A stretch of 64,000 nucleotides of DNA from Vairimorpha necatrix (taxonomy: Eukaryota): assembly GCA_036630325.1 (NCBI GenBank), contig CP142726.1, positions 434,001 through 498,000 of the forward strand, given 5' to 3'. A model generated the notes under the pieces. That model had not been told where the DNA came from. It ran no database searches and saw nothing but the letters and a program-made list of their open reading frames with translations. The position numbers were made by a program, and so were the translations under genes. Within the stretch, counting starts at the first letter, position 1; each line of letters opens with the position of its first letter. Shown here in pieces: positions 27,201 through 40,982 of the stretch.

Positions 27201-27918
27201 TTCAAAAAAATATAACGAGTGTTCTGTAATCTGAACAATATATTTTTAAGTAGAATAATCTTTTATTGCGCTTCAATATTGATATTGTATGGAATTTTTG
27301 AAAATTTAAATTATGCAAATTGTTTTCTCTCAAAAGAATTTCTTTATTGGTTTATTCTATGAGTCAAGAAAGGTAGACTGATTACATTATCGTTAGAATT
27401 GCCAAATCTACTGATCGTAACAATTTTCTAGAATAATATATGATGTTATTAGTTACATGTATAATTTATATTTATATTATTGCGGTTTAAATACAAAATA
27501 AATAAAGGGTATTGTTATTTTAACAACACAATATTTAAAAGGCTAGACATAAAAAGATTTTATAATGAATATAATACATTAGAATGTTAAAAACCATGAA
27601 TTATATGCAAAAACATATATACCTAATCTCTATCGAATTTAAACAAAAATGTTGTTGTAGCATTAAAATCGAGGGCTTTTAAGCCAACGCCGCTATAAAT
27701 ACGATAGTTAATGTGCTTACTCATGCAATGGATAACCTCAATGAGGAAACTATTAATTTCGAACATGCTTAGTTGAAAACTGAACATCGTAATTAAGAAT
27801 TTTATTACATTATTGTTTTAAAACTTTAAAAGTTTTTGTGCCAATTAGACACATTTTATAGTCTTTAACCTAAAAAAAATTTCGAGTCAATAATTATGTT
27901 AATGTAGGATAATTTTTA

Positions 27919-28723
27919 TTTTTTTTTTTTTATTTTTTTTTCTTGCAAGTAAGAGGTAGGGAGAAACCTTACATAGGGACCAGAGGGATTTGAGTGTGAT
28001 CCTCATCTAACTGGTACTGTGAGATTCTTACTCACTAAAACTCCCTCCATACAACTTGCCGGTGCAGCAAGCTCCGCCGTATCCATTGGACTTTGGCTCC
28101 AGGAGAACACTTTTCATTTATACCTCAAATCGCGTCTAGAGTGACCTCACAGCGGATATACTTAACGGGCATGGTTATCTATAACCCGAGGAGAGACATC
28201 ATCGTACTGACTCAAAGGTCCCTACAATCATCTGTATTACACACACGGCTCCTTACACGACCACATCCCCAGCCCGGCGTTTTTTATTGGGCTGCGTTGA
28301 CCACAAGTCTCCCACTAGTTTCGGCCACCGTGTTAAGAATCTTGTAGGATAGGGTCCACGAGACCTTCTATTGCCCTACTTCGTCTAGTCTCTTAGTTAG
28401 CTCTAGAATCCCACTCTAAAGTGCACCAGCCATGGGCTCCAACTAGGCCGTACCCATTAGATACTTTTATGTATCATTAAGTCACCAAAGGGAGATACTG
28501 CTTTTTGGCCTTGAGGTGCGTTTCTACACTAGATGCTAATCCCCTTGTGGCTGGACACACACAAGTTTCATTGAATCAACTTAATGATTATCGTGGACAT
28601 TTTCATAATCTGAGTTGTTCCAACTGCATCATAGAAAGTAGAAACAATTTTGGTGCCCCTGGGAATCGAACCCAGCCATTGCTCAATGGAAGCATAGCAT
28701 TCTACCACTGTGCTAAGGGCACC
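27919..28723 (-). mobile_element. tRNA-headed SINE, ~805 bp
   Basis: tRNA-like head at 28652-28723, GC-richer non-coding body and A-rich tail (T-run 27919-27941 on +). 14-bp TSD TAGGATAATTTTTA at 27905-27918 and 28724-28737. Confidence 0.88.
28652..28723 (-). ncRNA. tRNA-like head of the SINE (Pol III A/B boxes)
   Basis: Acceptor GGTGCCC/GGGCACC, D-arm AGCA..TGCT with A-box TAGCACAGTGG, T-arm CTGGG-TTCGATT-CCCAG. Anticodon arm irregular. Confidence 0.75.
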
Positions 28724-30981
28724 TAGGATAATTTTTACGCCTACATGTTATTAGTACCAATTAAACATCTTAGGATTACGGTTTTTAATAGTTCAATAAT
28801 TATTTTTTTTTATATACACGAATTTATATGTTGTATACTTGAAGAATATGAACGAAGACATTGATGTGTTCTAAAAAAGTAGAATTATATACTTTTTACA
28901 TTTACATCTATTTTCATAAATGTCTACAATTAAGAAATCAGAGTAAATAAATGAAAACATGAGAAAATTATCCATAATGCAAAAAATTAAAGACTCTGCT
29001 ATCCATAAGGTTTTTATACAATACTGAGATGTAGACAGACTATTTTATTCAAAGGCTTGAAGGAGCTTCATTTAATAAAATTTTTATCTATAGATGTAGG
29101 TAACGGAGATATAAATATTGGCGAAACAGTATTTTTTCTCACGTGGCCTTGGAAGGCATAATAGCACCATTTCAATAATAGCTGTAATATAGCATTTCGT
29201 TTATTCGCCCGCAAGTTAACATACATTCATCTGATGTAACACGTACAATTTTAACAAGTGTATGATTTTCTATTACTTTGTTGTTTCTTCCATTATATGT
29301 TGAATATAAACTAGGTTTCTTGTTTATTATTGAATATATAATATATTGTTTATGAAGAATGTATAGAAAAAGGGTTTTATTACTAATACAAGAAACAATG
29401 ACTATATATGACCGTATACTTTATCCAAAAAGTTTTATTGTTGAGAATAGTAGACATAAGGGGTATTTTAATAATATTGCTATTTATAGCCATCCAACAT
29501 TTATTGATACTAATCATAAATTAGGCATTATTTATTGTAAAAGTCTGCCCGAGAACTCATCACGATTCTCAACTTTAATTTAATCTAGAACTAATCTCCT
29601 TTTTACCACGACTACTTTTCCGGTGTATTGTGTTTTTCAGTTACTAATATTGTTCTAAATTTAGATAAGTTTTCTAAAACAAAATTGTATCTGCTATGAA
29701 AAAAATATTCTATAGTAAACTAGAATCGTATAATTAGTATTAAGTACAGCTCTTAGCTTTTTGCAAAAGATCAAAATGTATCTTTTACAAGTTTATTGTT
29801 TCATTCAACCAGACTAATAGAGAAGGATTTGTTACGTGTGAGATCGTATTATTTCGAGAGAGACTCATCATTATGAGTTTATTATTTATGAACTAATACC
29901 AATATTGCTTCTATTTTCAATGTATTTTTACTTATAACTTATATGTATTCTTTGCCATGGAAACATATAAAGCAACAACTAAATATATCTAAATGTTTAG
30001 AAATTAAGAAAATTATGAAAAATTCCGTCGTATTCTAATTATATGGCATTTACAATAAAACTCAAAAAAAAAATATTGTCCCCTTTTTTTTTGTTGAAAA
30101 TTTATCTTTGTTGTAAAATGTTATCTACAAAAAGTCACCAAATTAGACATGAAATATTCAGTGCATGAAAACAAAAATATTCGCTATTGTTTGAATTTTT
30201 AAATCTAGTAGTATTAAACTCGTATATATAGTTCTTTATTTTTATGTTCAAACTATATTTTGTTTATACCCATATGATTTCAAGATCTATTTTGCATCAT
30301 CTTTCAACGCACCCACCGATAAAACTATATCTAAATCTATAGAGTTATATATAATTGTTGTAGTTACTGTCGCTTAAACCGAGCATTTATAATGCTTGGA
30401 TATTTCTTTATATTTTTATAATATTTTACTTCATCTTATGGAAGGAGAAAAGAAACAATTGAAAATAAATAACTTTACTAAGAATAATATTTCCTATTTA
30501 TGTTTAAGTCAGGGATTATAAAAATTATTTATCATTGTTACTGTGATCCCCAGCTATCGATTTCATCAATATAAAAAATTCTTTTTGTGTTTATTAAAAA
30601 TAAAATTTAACATTATTCAAAAATTCTTTTGAATCAATAAGGATAACTTTATATAAATATCAAAACTAGGGAAATCTTCAGCTGCGGTATTATTATTTCA
30701 ATTTATAAGTTTACACGCATATAATTATAATTTATCATCATATTTTTGCTTATTCAATATTTAAACACTACTTTGGAAAAATTAGTAGAAGAACAGCTAT
30801 ATTTTTCATAGCCTTTTTTAATATGCATTAAGTAAACTAGTGTAAAAAAAGAATGCACGTAGTATCTAAATTGTTTGTTCTGTGATTTAAATTTTATTAT
30901 GTATAATAGCACATATGCTAGGGGAATTCATCGTTATAAATAGAAAAACGAGACAAGATATGAAAAAAAAATAATTATTAC

Positions 30982-33900
30982 TGTTAAGGGACAGATCTTT
31001 AGTGGTCCTAAGATTGCCCTGTTGACCAGAATAACATTCTGTAGGTATTCTTCTCCCTGTCCTTAATTATGTTTTGGAGGGAAAATACTTTATTTCCCCT
31101 CCAACGAACATAAAAGAAAATCATACCCATAAGGGTATGAAGAGGTTAAATAAAACAATAATAAAACTATCTCTTCACAGACTGCATGGCCACTAGTTTT
31201 CAACAATTGTGGTAACGGCGAAGAGGATACGAATTATGAAATCTGTTCCTACGTGGAAAAACTAAGTCTACAAAACAGATGGACAGAATTTACCGGCGAA
31301 GATTTAAGCAAAGCCGAAGACTTTCTTCCCAGTTTAGAAAAGAAGATGTCCATGAGCAAGTCAAGACGCTGGAGATTTCAAAGTCCAAACTAAAGAAAAA
31401 AGCGTTGAGATGGTATAAAGCCTTCGAGGCGGAGGAGATGACAAAATTTGATACATTCAAATCCCAATTTCAAAAGAAATACAAAAAAGAAAAACTACTT
31501 GAAGATGTAACTGATAAGTTTATGCACTCGTACGTACAAGGTCCAAAGAAAAGTGATATCATGAGTTACGCTTACGACCTCAAGAGTTGTGCAAAGAAAA
31601 GCTCTGAATACTTTGATCGATCAAAGATTGCGATAGGAAAAAACTCCCCAGATACGTTGAAAGAATCTATATATGACACCAAAGACTGGATAGAGTTATT
31701 AGATCTGGTAGAAGAGAAAGAAACTCTTTTGATAATTATCTAAAAAAGAAAACCAAATGGCCCCTAATTCCACGTAACGGAGCATCCTTGCAGAAAAAGA
31801 AAGTGATTAAAACTTTTACAAAGAAGGCAGAAGAAGGAAAAACTGCATTACTTTTGAAGGTAGGTAGAGTGGAGAAATCGAAAACTAAAGACATGCATCC
31901 AAGAATTTAACTTTTTTTGGGAAAAAATTTGCCGCACTAATCGACCAGGTGCCCAAATTAACCTGATTAGTAAAAACACTGTCCAACACTTGGGTCTAGA
32001 AACAACAAATGTTTGTTAAAACATTGAGGGAGTAGTAGGAAGTGTTAAATCAGAAAAAATGGTGGAATTCATGATTAAAAAACCTAAAAACAAGAAGAGC
32101 AACAGAGTGGAGGCTTATGTAGTTGAGAAATTGCCAGATAACCTCGTTATAGGTATTGGAGATGCCGTTTCACTAAACTTGTTAAAGATGCTTGATAAAA
32201 TGGAAAGCGCTGTTATAACGAAATCAATATGTACAATAACTTCAGTTAAGAATGAAACACTTATAACTGATGTCGGAGATGAAACATTACTACAAGTTGA
32301 AAGGGAAAAATTCAATAAGCTGATTTTATAGTACTCAGAAATTTTTTACAGCAATGGCCTTCAATCAAGTTTAGACATTGAACACGCGATAGAATTAATA
32401 AATGACGTCTCGGAAATAAAAAAATATTCAATACAGAAGATCGCTGAACAAAATAAGATAATAGAAGATAAAGTTCAAGAATTTTTGAAGAAAGAATTTA
32501 TTGAGAACAGTGATTCGGATTATACTTCCCGGTAGTGTTGGTCAAGAAAATGACGGTGATTTAAGATTTTCATTGACTATAAAAGACTCAACAAAATCAC
32601 GAAAAAAATGATTTGCATAATCCCTCTCATAGAGGGAACTATCAGAGAAATACAAGGATCTTCAATATTTACGGTATCAGACTTAGAATCAGGATATCAC
32701 TAAATAAGAATTTGTTCCAAGGATAGATACCCAACGGCCTTTAGGAGTAGATCGGGGACTTTTCAGTGGGACAGGATGCCATTCGCCTTATTAAATACGC
32801 CCTTTATATTTCAAAGATAATGAATTCAATACTATCCCCTCACTTTTACAAATTCGTACAAGTATATCTAGATGATATAATGATATATTCAAAATCAATT
32901 AAAGAACATCTGGAACATTCAAAGGCAGTAATCAAAATACTAAATAAGTTGAAACTGAAAGAAAAAAAAAATGTAAAATCGCTAAAAACTTTGTCAATTT
33001 CTAGGATATATGATAGATAAAGATGGATTTAGCATACCTTTAGATCTGCAGACAAAATGCTTACGTTTAAAAACACTAACGACTCTCAAAGAAACTAGAG
33101 CCTTCATTGGCTTAATCAAATATTTTCGGAAATTTGTAAAAAACTATACAAGTATCATGGCTCCGATTTATGAGTGCTTAAAAAAGCAGATTTGAGTTCT
33201 GCGAAAATGCGAAAGAAAGTGTATCTTAGAAAAAAAAATTATCACGAGCTCGCCTGCTCTTAATTACCAATTTTAACCTAAGATTTATATTATATACTGA
33301 CGTATCTAATTTGTATATAGGAGCAACATTGATGCAGGTATGGAATCGAAATTTTCGTTTTTTTTTATATCAAGAAAACTAAATACGGCAGAGATTAATT
33401 ATACGGTCACTGAGAAGGAGTGTCTTGCCATAATATGGAGCATAACATAATTCAGACTATATCTTACCAATACTTTTACGATCCGAACAGACCACCAAGC
33501 ACTTAAATGGCTACTCGATTCTAAGGAGAGCACAGGAAGGGTAATGAGGTCGATTCTAACTTTAGAAAATACTCCTGAAATTGAATATATTATAGAAAAA
33601 ATAACGTTATTTCTGATGGATTAACCAGATTTGTCCATACAGTAAAGAAGGACCAGGTAGATGAACAATCGTTTTAGATAAAAGAACTTATTCTAAAGTG
33701 TCACGAAGAATGTGGGCATATAGTATATTTCCAACATACCCGCCAATTCTCAAGAAAACGAAATGGAAAGGTATTTATGCAGATATAAGAAAAGAAATAG
33801 AAAATTGTTAAGTATGTCTGAAATTTAATCCTAAAAAACTACCTAAAGAGCATCACAGGATTCGTCTCAAGGAACCATTTTCCATAGTTAGTATCGATAT

Positions 33901-34915
33901 CGTAGGTCCATTACAAAAATCAGAAATAGGAAAGGTGTATTTAATAGTAGCTACAGATTACTAATCAGATGGAGTGAGGCAAAAGCCGCAGCTAAATTTA
34001 TTTTCGAAGAGATTGTTTCTAAAAATGGGCCTCCAAACAAACTACTATCAGACAGAAGACTTGAGTTCTTAATCATTACAGCCAAAGAAATATGTAGAAT
34101 CTTCAATACACAAAAATCTTTTATCTCGTCTTATCATCCACAATGTAATGGTACTGTAGAGAGAACTAATAAATCTCTTGTAGCGAAACTGGGCAAAATC
34201 ACAAACAGAAAATAGAAGGAATGGGTCGAATACCTAGAGCAGGCTCTTTATGCTTGTAGAACCTCCCCAAAAAAAATTAGAGCATTCTACATTTGAATTA
34301 TTATATGGACGTAAACGGCAGACATGGGAACAGACAAGTGAAGAGTTAATACCAATAGAACCCAATTATTAATATTCGAAAGGCTAAAATAGACCCGAAA
34401 AATTATGCTTCAAGCAGAAAGAGAAGCACGGAAAGGAGAAATGGAAAGTGTGAAAGAAAAATCGTTAAAGTAGGGGATTTAATATTGAGACGTAAACCTC
34501 CCATTAATGTTGAAATAAAATAGACAGTAAATTTGAAGGTCCATATACGATAACAAAAATCGGCAAGAAAGGCGCTTATGAAATAAGATCCAAATGTCGT
34601 AAATTCTCAGTGAATCAGAAGGATTTAAAAAAGATGGATGTCGAAATGGGAACATGGGAGCCTCTAAAGAAGGAGGAAGTGTTATGGGACAGGCCACCAG
34701 AGGTCCTACGTCTACCCCGGAGGCCAGGAAATATAAGTATATAGATATTCTTTTATATTTTAATCATGTTTTGGCGGGGAAATGTACTACATTTTCCCGC
34801 CCATGAACATAAAAAAAATCATCTCTAGACTAGAAGGGTATGAAGAAAATTAAAAAACCATTTAATAGTAAAGATTATTAGAGGACTGTTGAACATACAA
34901 CAGTCTACACCGACA
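30982..34915 (+). mobile_element. Decayed Ty3/Gypsy element with diverged ~225-235-bp LTRs
   Basis: TGTTA.GGGACAG starts at 30982 and 34680, the latter after PPT GAAGGAGGAAG. PBS-like TGGTAAC at ~31210. Remnants of gag, YLDD RT, RNase H and integrase (SIDIVGP, SYHPQCNG). No matching TSD; right end approximate. Confidence 0.8.
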
Positions 34916-35464
34916 ATATCAACTATGCCAGAAGAATTGTTTTTTAACAATATTTATTTTACTTTTGTTAAAATTATAAAAAACATGACTTATTCTATTT
35001 GACCTGTTAACTTTATATATAAAAAATTATCTTTTTTGTTCAAGTTAATTATGAAGGGTAAAAAAGAGCGATCTGAAAACAAAAAACACCAGGAAGAAAA
35101 AACAGATACAAATGAACACGATACAAAGCAGGAGGGGACTGAGGATGGCATACAAACAATACATGATAAGGTGAGCGTCTTGTGTCTCTAAAGTCTATGC
35201 ATACATCTGTGGAATCGAATTCCAACGAGTGGCCCGGAATAGTGCTGGAGGCAATTCTCCAGCGTTCCGGACGGATGCCAGGAGGAGGATGGGATCTCAC
35301 ACATGAGGTATACGATAGTAAATTTAGCTCGACTCCACTTAAATTGCAAGAACTATAGCCGAAAGCTAGTGCAAGAGTGACATAGAAGGCGGCCAACCAT
35401 CAAGCAATAGGAAATTTCTTGCACATCCAAAAACAAGCTAAAGAATGAAAACAATAAAAGACAT

Positions 35465-37702
35465 TGTTAGACATATCCAAGCTAAGGGGTATTTAATAAT
35501 AAAAATATAAAGTAAACAATGACATGAAAATGTCACAACATCCCCCCCATAAGAAATAATCGTCAACGTCGATTTTTCTAAGCTGCGTAGCGTATCTTTG
35601 TACTTATTTCCCATTACTATTGATTTCATATGTATCGTTAGTCAAAATGCCTATAACTTCTCCTGTTTCTACAAACTTTGGTTGTCCTTTGTATTTGTGT
35701 ATATGGTCTTGTATAATGACTAAATCCCTAAGTTCTAACTTTTTATATTCGGGGGTTTTGAATAAACTCTAGTATCTATTTATTCTGTTTTCAAAATGTT
35801 TTCTTCTAACTTCCGAGAGGTTCTCTATTCCCAATGCCTCTATTGGGGGCATCCCCGTTGCTCTGTGGCTTATACAATTATACGCCTCAATCATCTTATC
35901 TACTCTCTTCGACAGTCTAATGCTCTTATCCTGCTTATTTATTCCTTCGCCCACAGTTCTATTAAATCTTTCTATTCTACCGTTTGAAGAATGGTGGTAG
36001 GGCGAGGTAATATGTTGTCTTATTTTATTCTTTAATAACCAATTTCGTATCTTTTCACTTATATTTTCATTTGCGCCGTCTGATATCAGTGTCTGTATAT
36101 TCACCTTTTTGTGTACAATTTCCAAAAACATCAATATGTTGTCACTACTTTTTGTTTTAAATACTTTTGCGAAAGCAAATCTTGAGAAATAAGCTATAGC
36201 TGTAATTATATATCTATCTTCTGTTAGTCCTATGATGTCAAAAGCGGCCTTTTCACCTTTCCCAAATACTTCTACGTGCCCGAATCCCTTAATTCTAATC
36301 GGATTATACTCCTTACATTTATAACATCTTTTTAAAACATCTTCTACTCTCTTTAGTGTTATGCCTTTCATGCTCTGTTCTTTCTTTACTTGTTCATATG
36401 TAGCTTTTGCGCCTCTATGAACTAATTTTTCGTGTATCTTCATGATCATATCAACAACTTCTTGTTCTTCAATCACATTTATTGTCCCATAGTGTCTCGA
36501 GAGAGCATCCACGTGCTCCAAATCTGTGGGTGTTTTGTATCGTATTATGAAATCGTACATCTGTAATCGTTCTATCCGTCTCATTATCCAAGGAGAATTT
36601 ATCTCTCCCTTGCAGTTTAAGGCTTACAGTGCCTTGTGATCCGTGTATATTGTAAATTTCCTTCCGAAGAGGAAATATTTAAAGTGTTCCATTGCCCAAA
36701 GTGTAGCTAACATTTCTTTTTCTGTAATCGTATAATTCCCTTCGGCCTGTCGTAACTGCCTCGAGACAAACGCAATTGGTCGTTCTACCCGTCTATTTAC
36801 TGGCTAAGTACTGCACCTAATACTGTGTTCGATGCGTCTGTTGTTAAAACAAAGTCTCATGTAAATTCAGGTTGATACAGGCATAAATCCGATATTAATG
36901 CATTTTTCAACGTTTAAAATGCTGTTTCTTGTTCCTTTTCCTAAATGAAGGAATGTTTCTTTTTTAATAGTATTACGAGTGGGTAGCATATCTCTGCACA
37001 ATCCTTTATGAACTTTCTGTAATAATTCACAATGCCTAAAAATTTTCGCACCCCATCTACATTCCTCGGGGTGTATATTTTTTTATTCCTTCAGTATTAT
37101 CTGTCAACGGAGTTATCTTATTATATGTTATGTTGTGGCCTAAAAAGTTTATCTCTTCTTTTAATATTTCAATTTTTTTAAACTTAAGCGTTGCTTGTTC
37201 ACACTCCTCTCTCAACTTCCTCAATCCAAGGAAACCAATCTCTAGTATCAGCTCGTCATCGTCAATAATAGTTTCCCCTAACTTTCTCATCCTTATAAAA
37301 AATCTCGGCACGTTTCTTCCTTTTTCTGAAATTCTCTCAAGAATTCTCTTTTGGTTATTTTTTTATCAAACTGAAAAAATGTATTCTTTCCATGCTTCAT
37401 AAGGGATCTTTCTGGGTTTTTTATTTCTTTCGGGGCGTTCGTGGCTTCAATTATAGCCGTATCTGCTCTGTCTAAGATATCTTCAATCTTTTCTTCACCG
37501 TTAAGGATTCAAAATCTTTCTTCCTTTCTAATTTTTTTAAAGTGGCCTTAAGATCTTTACCAGTTATTTGTATGGTGAGATCAGCCAGTAACTTCATAAT
37601 GCCTTGTTTTGAAATATTCTCCACCATGTTAGACATATCCAAGTTAAGGGGTATTTAATAATAAAAATATAAAGTAAACAATGACTTGAAAATGTCACAA
37701 CA
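35465..37702 (-). mobile_element. Internally deleted Gypsy element with 76-bp LTRs
   Basis: LTRs at 35465-35540 and 37627-37702 differ at 2 positions. TSD GACAT; PBS TGGTGGAGAAT; PPT GGGGGGGA. The gag N-terminus runs straight into the RT C-terminal half; integrase ORF at 35769-36584. Confidence 0.93.
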
Positions 37703-38256
37703 GACATAGTAGGGGAATGCAGCTTGAAAGAGGCGGCTTTGTGTGGAAAAATAAAAAACTTGATGTTAACTGCATCGAAAGTTTAGAAGGAAAAGGAATA
37801 GAAGAAGTAGAAAGAACAAATAAAATTCCCAGTGAAATGGGGAACTTCGAACTAATAGAATATATTAATACATCAGTGTGAGAGTATGTGAAGTTATACC
37901 CTCCCAATCGCTTAACAGATATAGCAAGAATTCTGCAATCATCACAGATTGTTTATAAAAATGAATCGCTTAAGCTAAGAGTAAAATCTACATGGAAAGA
38001 AAATATAGCTAAGAAAATTTATATGTGCGATAAGAAGTTAAACTCTTAGAAAAGTTCTTAGAAGAAAATAAACAGATAAAACATGAGAACCAAAAATTAG
38101 CAAAAGCTATCATGAAAGACACGGGTAAAATTTTAAGTAGTAAGAACAACATTAAAGAAGTGATAACAGAATTACAAGAAAACAAAAAAAAGTTATGTTG
38201 TTTTGAGAATCGTCTAAATTTCAGAAGAACAAATAGGAAGTTCGAATTATATAGAG

Positions 38257-40982
38257 CAGAGGTGGGCAAATACTTTAAAGCTGTGGGCCAAAATGAATTT
38301 TTTAAAATGTCTCCCGGGCCGGAGGATTATTTCGGCTTTGCTTTACACAAGCAAAAATTTTGGATGAAGTTTTTTCCCTGCCCATTTTTTTACAAAAATA
38401 TTAAGTATCATTTCAATTAGAATAAAATATGTCAAGTACATTTTAAGGAAATATTATTATAAATAAATGGCTATTAGATAAACCACACAATAAAAGGTTT
38501 TATTTAGTTACTTATTTATGTCTTAACGATATTAATTATTTTATATTGACACATGGTTATTACAATTTAACATTTATATTGCATCTCTAAATATAATAGT
38601 AAAAAAATTCAAAAAAGAAAAAAAAAACACCAAATGTTAAAATAAATATTTAATGTTATTGCGAAACGTGAAATGTCGAATGTTCATCCGATATTTTTTT
38701 CTTTAAAATTAGGTTCTAAATCACTTGTAGCAATTCTTAATACCGAGTGTAGATTTTCGTCAATAATTTGTGATCGATACTTATTTTTCATGGAAACCAT
38801 TAAAGAAAAAGTTCTTTTACAAATATAAGTCGAACCAAATAAAACAAGATATTTCTGAGCATAGTTCAAAAAATGTTTGAAATGTTCATTATTTAACGCG
38901 CCATAGAAAGCACTCAATTCGTTTGAGTGAAAATTTGCTTTTAGTAAATTATTTGATATTAAGTCAATTAGTTCTAGTTGAATTTCAACAGGAGCTTCTT
39001 GCATGTCGAAATTGAAAGGATGGCTAATTAATGATAAAGGTTTTTCAATATCTTTGAAATCTTGAAATTTTCTTTGGAATTCAGAAAGCAGGTCTTGTGT
39101 TATTGCACTATATTTAGAAAAATCTGTATTTTTTAATGATTCTCGCCGTGCTTGCAATGAGGGGAAATGATTTAATAATTTATTATTACAGTTTTCAGCA
39201 AATAAATTGAGTTTTGTCATAAATGCTTTGACGTTTGAGTGCATATTGAAGGCGAATTGGTTTTTACCTTGTATATTTATATTTAGTTCATTCAAATATT
39301 TTACTATATCTACTAAAAACGAGAAATCGTTTAGCCAAGCCTCATTTTGCAATTCAGGAAAATCTTGTAGTTTTTCTTTTATCGAAAAGAATGATACTAT
39401 TTCATCAAGCAAATATTGGAATCTATGTAAAACTTTACCAATGCTAAGCCATCTCACTTCAGTGTAATAGGGAATTTCGTAGTAGTCACTTTCAATTTCT
39501 TTCAAAAATTCAAGAAACTGTCGATGATTTAAGGCACGTCCTCGGATAAAATTCACAACTTTGGTCACAACAGTAACGACGTGATTCAATTTCAAACTTT
39601 TCCGCATAGCATTTCTTGGTGAATAATGCAGTGCAAAAAATAATATATAGTGTTCTGGTTGTAACTTTTTTACTTTGTCGCGAATTCGTTTAAGTAAGCC
39701 TATATTTTTCCCTGTTAAACTAGGACAGCCATCCGTAGTGACGCTTACTATTTTATTCCAAGTTAAACTAACTTTAACTAAACACTCTTCAACAGCGAGA
39801 AAAAGTCTTTACCAGTAGTTGTATTTTTCATTGGATGCACACTAAGAAGTTCCTCGCTAATTTCACATTTCCTATTAATGCCGCGAATAAATATTAATAA
39901 TTGACTTGTATCTGTAATATCGCAGGACTCATCTAAAGCCAGAGAACAATAGGTAAAATCAGCAATTTTTCTGCTTAGCTGGTCAAGTAAGTTTCCTGAA
40001 ATATTTTCAATCCGGCGTACTATCCTTCTTCAAGAAAGGCTTAGATTTTCAAAAATATGTTTCTTTTCAGGACAACATATCTCCGACACTTGTACCATGC
40101 ATTGTTTAACAAATTCTGCTTCTAAAAACGGTTTAAGAACTTAGCAATTTTGTGTGCGACAGCTTAACTTGCTTTTGTGGTAGATTTTACAATATTAATT
40201 CGTTTGGAAAAAAAAAATTGTTGCTGATTCAAGTTTTTTGTTAAGTTTTCAGCTATGTTTTGAAGTTCTTGTAAAGAAAGTGATGCATATTTTCGATGTT
40301 TTGTTGTAAAATGCCTGCTTAAATTGTATTCTTTGAAAACAGCAATTGTTTCCTGACAAACTAAACAAATTGCTTTCTTATTAATGTTTGTAAAAAGATA
40401 TTTTACCGTCTAAGCTTCATTGAAGTTTCTGCATTCCAAATCAACTTTTCTTTTTTAGTTTCTCTCATTTTAAAAGGGCTACAAAAAAAATAAGTTAAAT
40501 AAAAACAATAAAAAAACACCAAAGTTTTAAAAATTTACTTACAAAAAGTCCACTTTTTCAATTTTATATATGCAAACCAATGGTAGATTCGAACTAAAAA
40601 AGAGTATGCGATCAGAATAAAATAATAAATAACAATACCTGGGCTGCGATCTGTCGTCCCTTAAACATTGAGAGGCTGAGAGGAGTGCAGCATATGTCGT
40701 CCACACATGCATTTTAAACCTAGCGCGATCTACTTTGTGTTCGATGAACCCCCCGCCATGAGAGCGATTGTCGCGAGCGATCCGCATCGTTCACACTAGT
40801 GTAATAAGCCAAACGCTTATTTTATTTCGCCTATTATATATACAGTTCGCATACTAATAATGTTTATGTCAACAAAATCTCATAAAGAGTTTTAAAAAAA
40901 TTGCGTTAGAATTTTTCAGCGGGCCGGATAAAATTAGCAAAAGGGCCGGATCCGCCCGCGGGCCGGCTTTTGCCCATCTCTG
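38257..40982 (-). mobile_element. hAT transposon of the Charlie/SPIN (GTF2IRD2-like) group, transposase frameshifted
   Basis: TIRs CAGAGGTGGGCAAA and TTTGCCCATCTCTG; subterminal GGGCCGG motifs. ATG 40468. RKVDLECRNF..CLVCQETIAVFKEYNLSRHF, ALDES, TTDG, HCIIHQE, EVRWLS, FGSTYIC. Confidence 0.92.

Noticed and set aside
28652-28723. Functional tRNA-Gly or tRNA-Met gene
   Set aside because: Anticodon arm is irregular and the sequence is the head of a TSD-flanked, A-tailed element.
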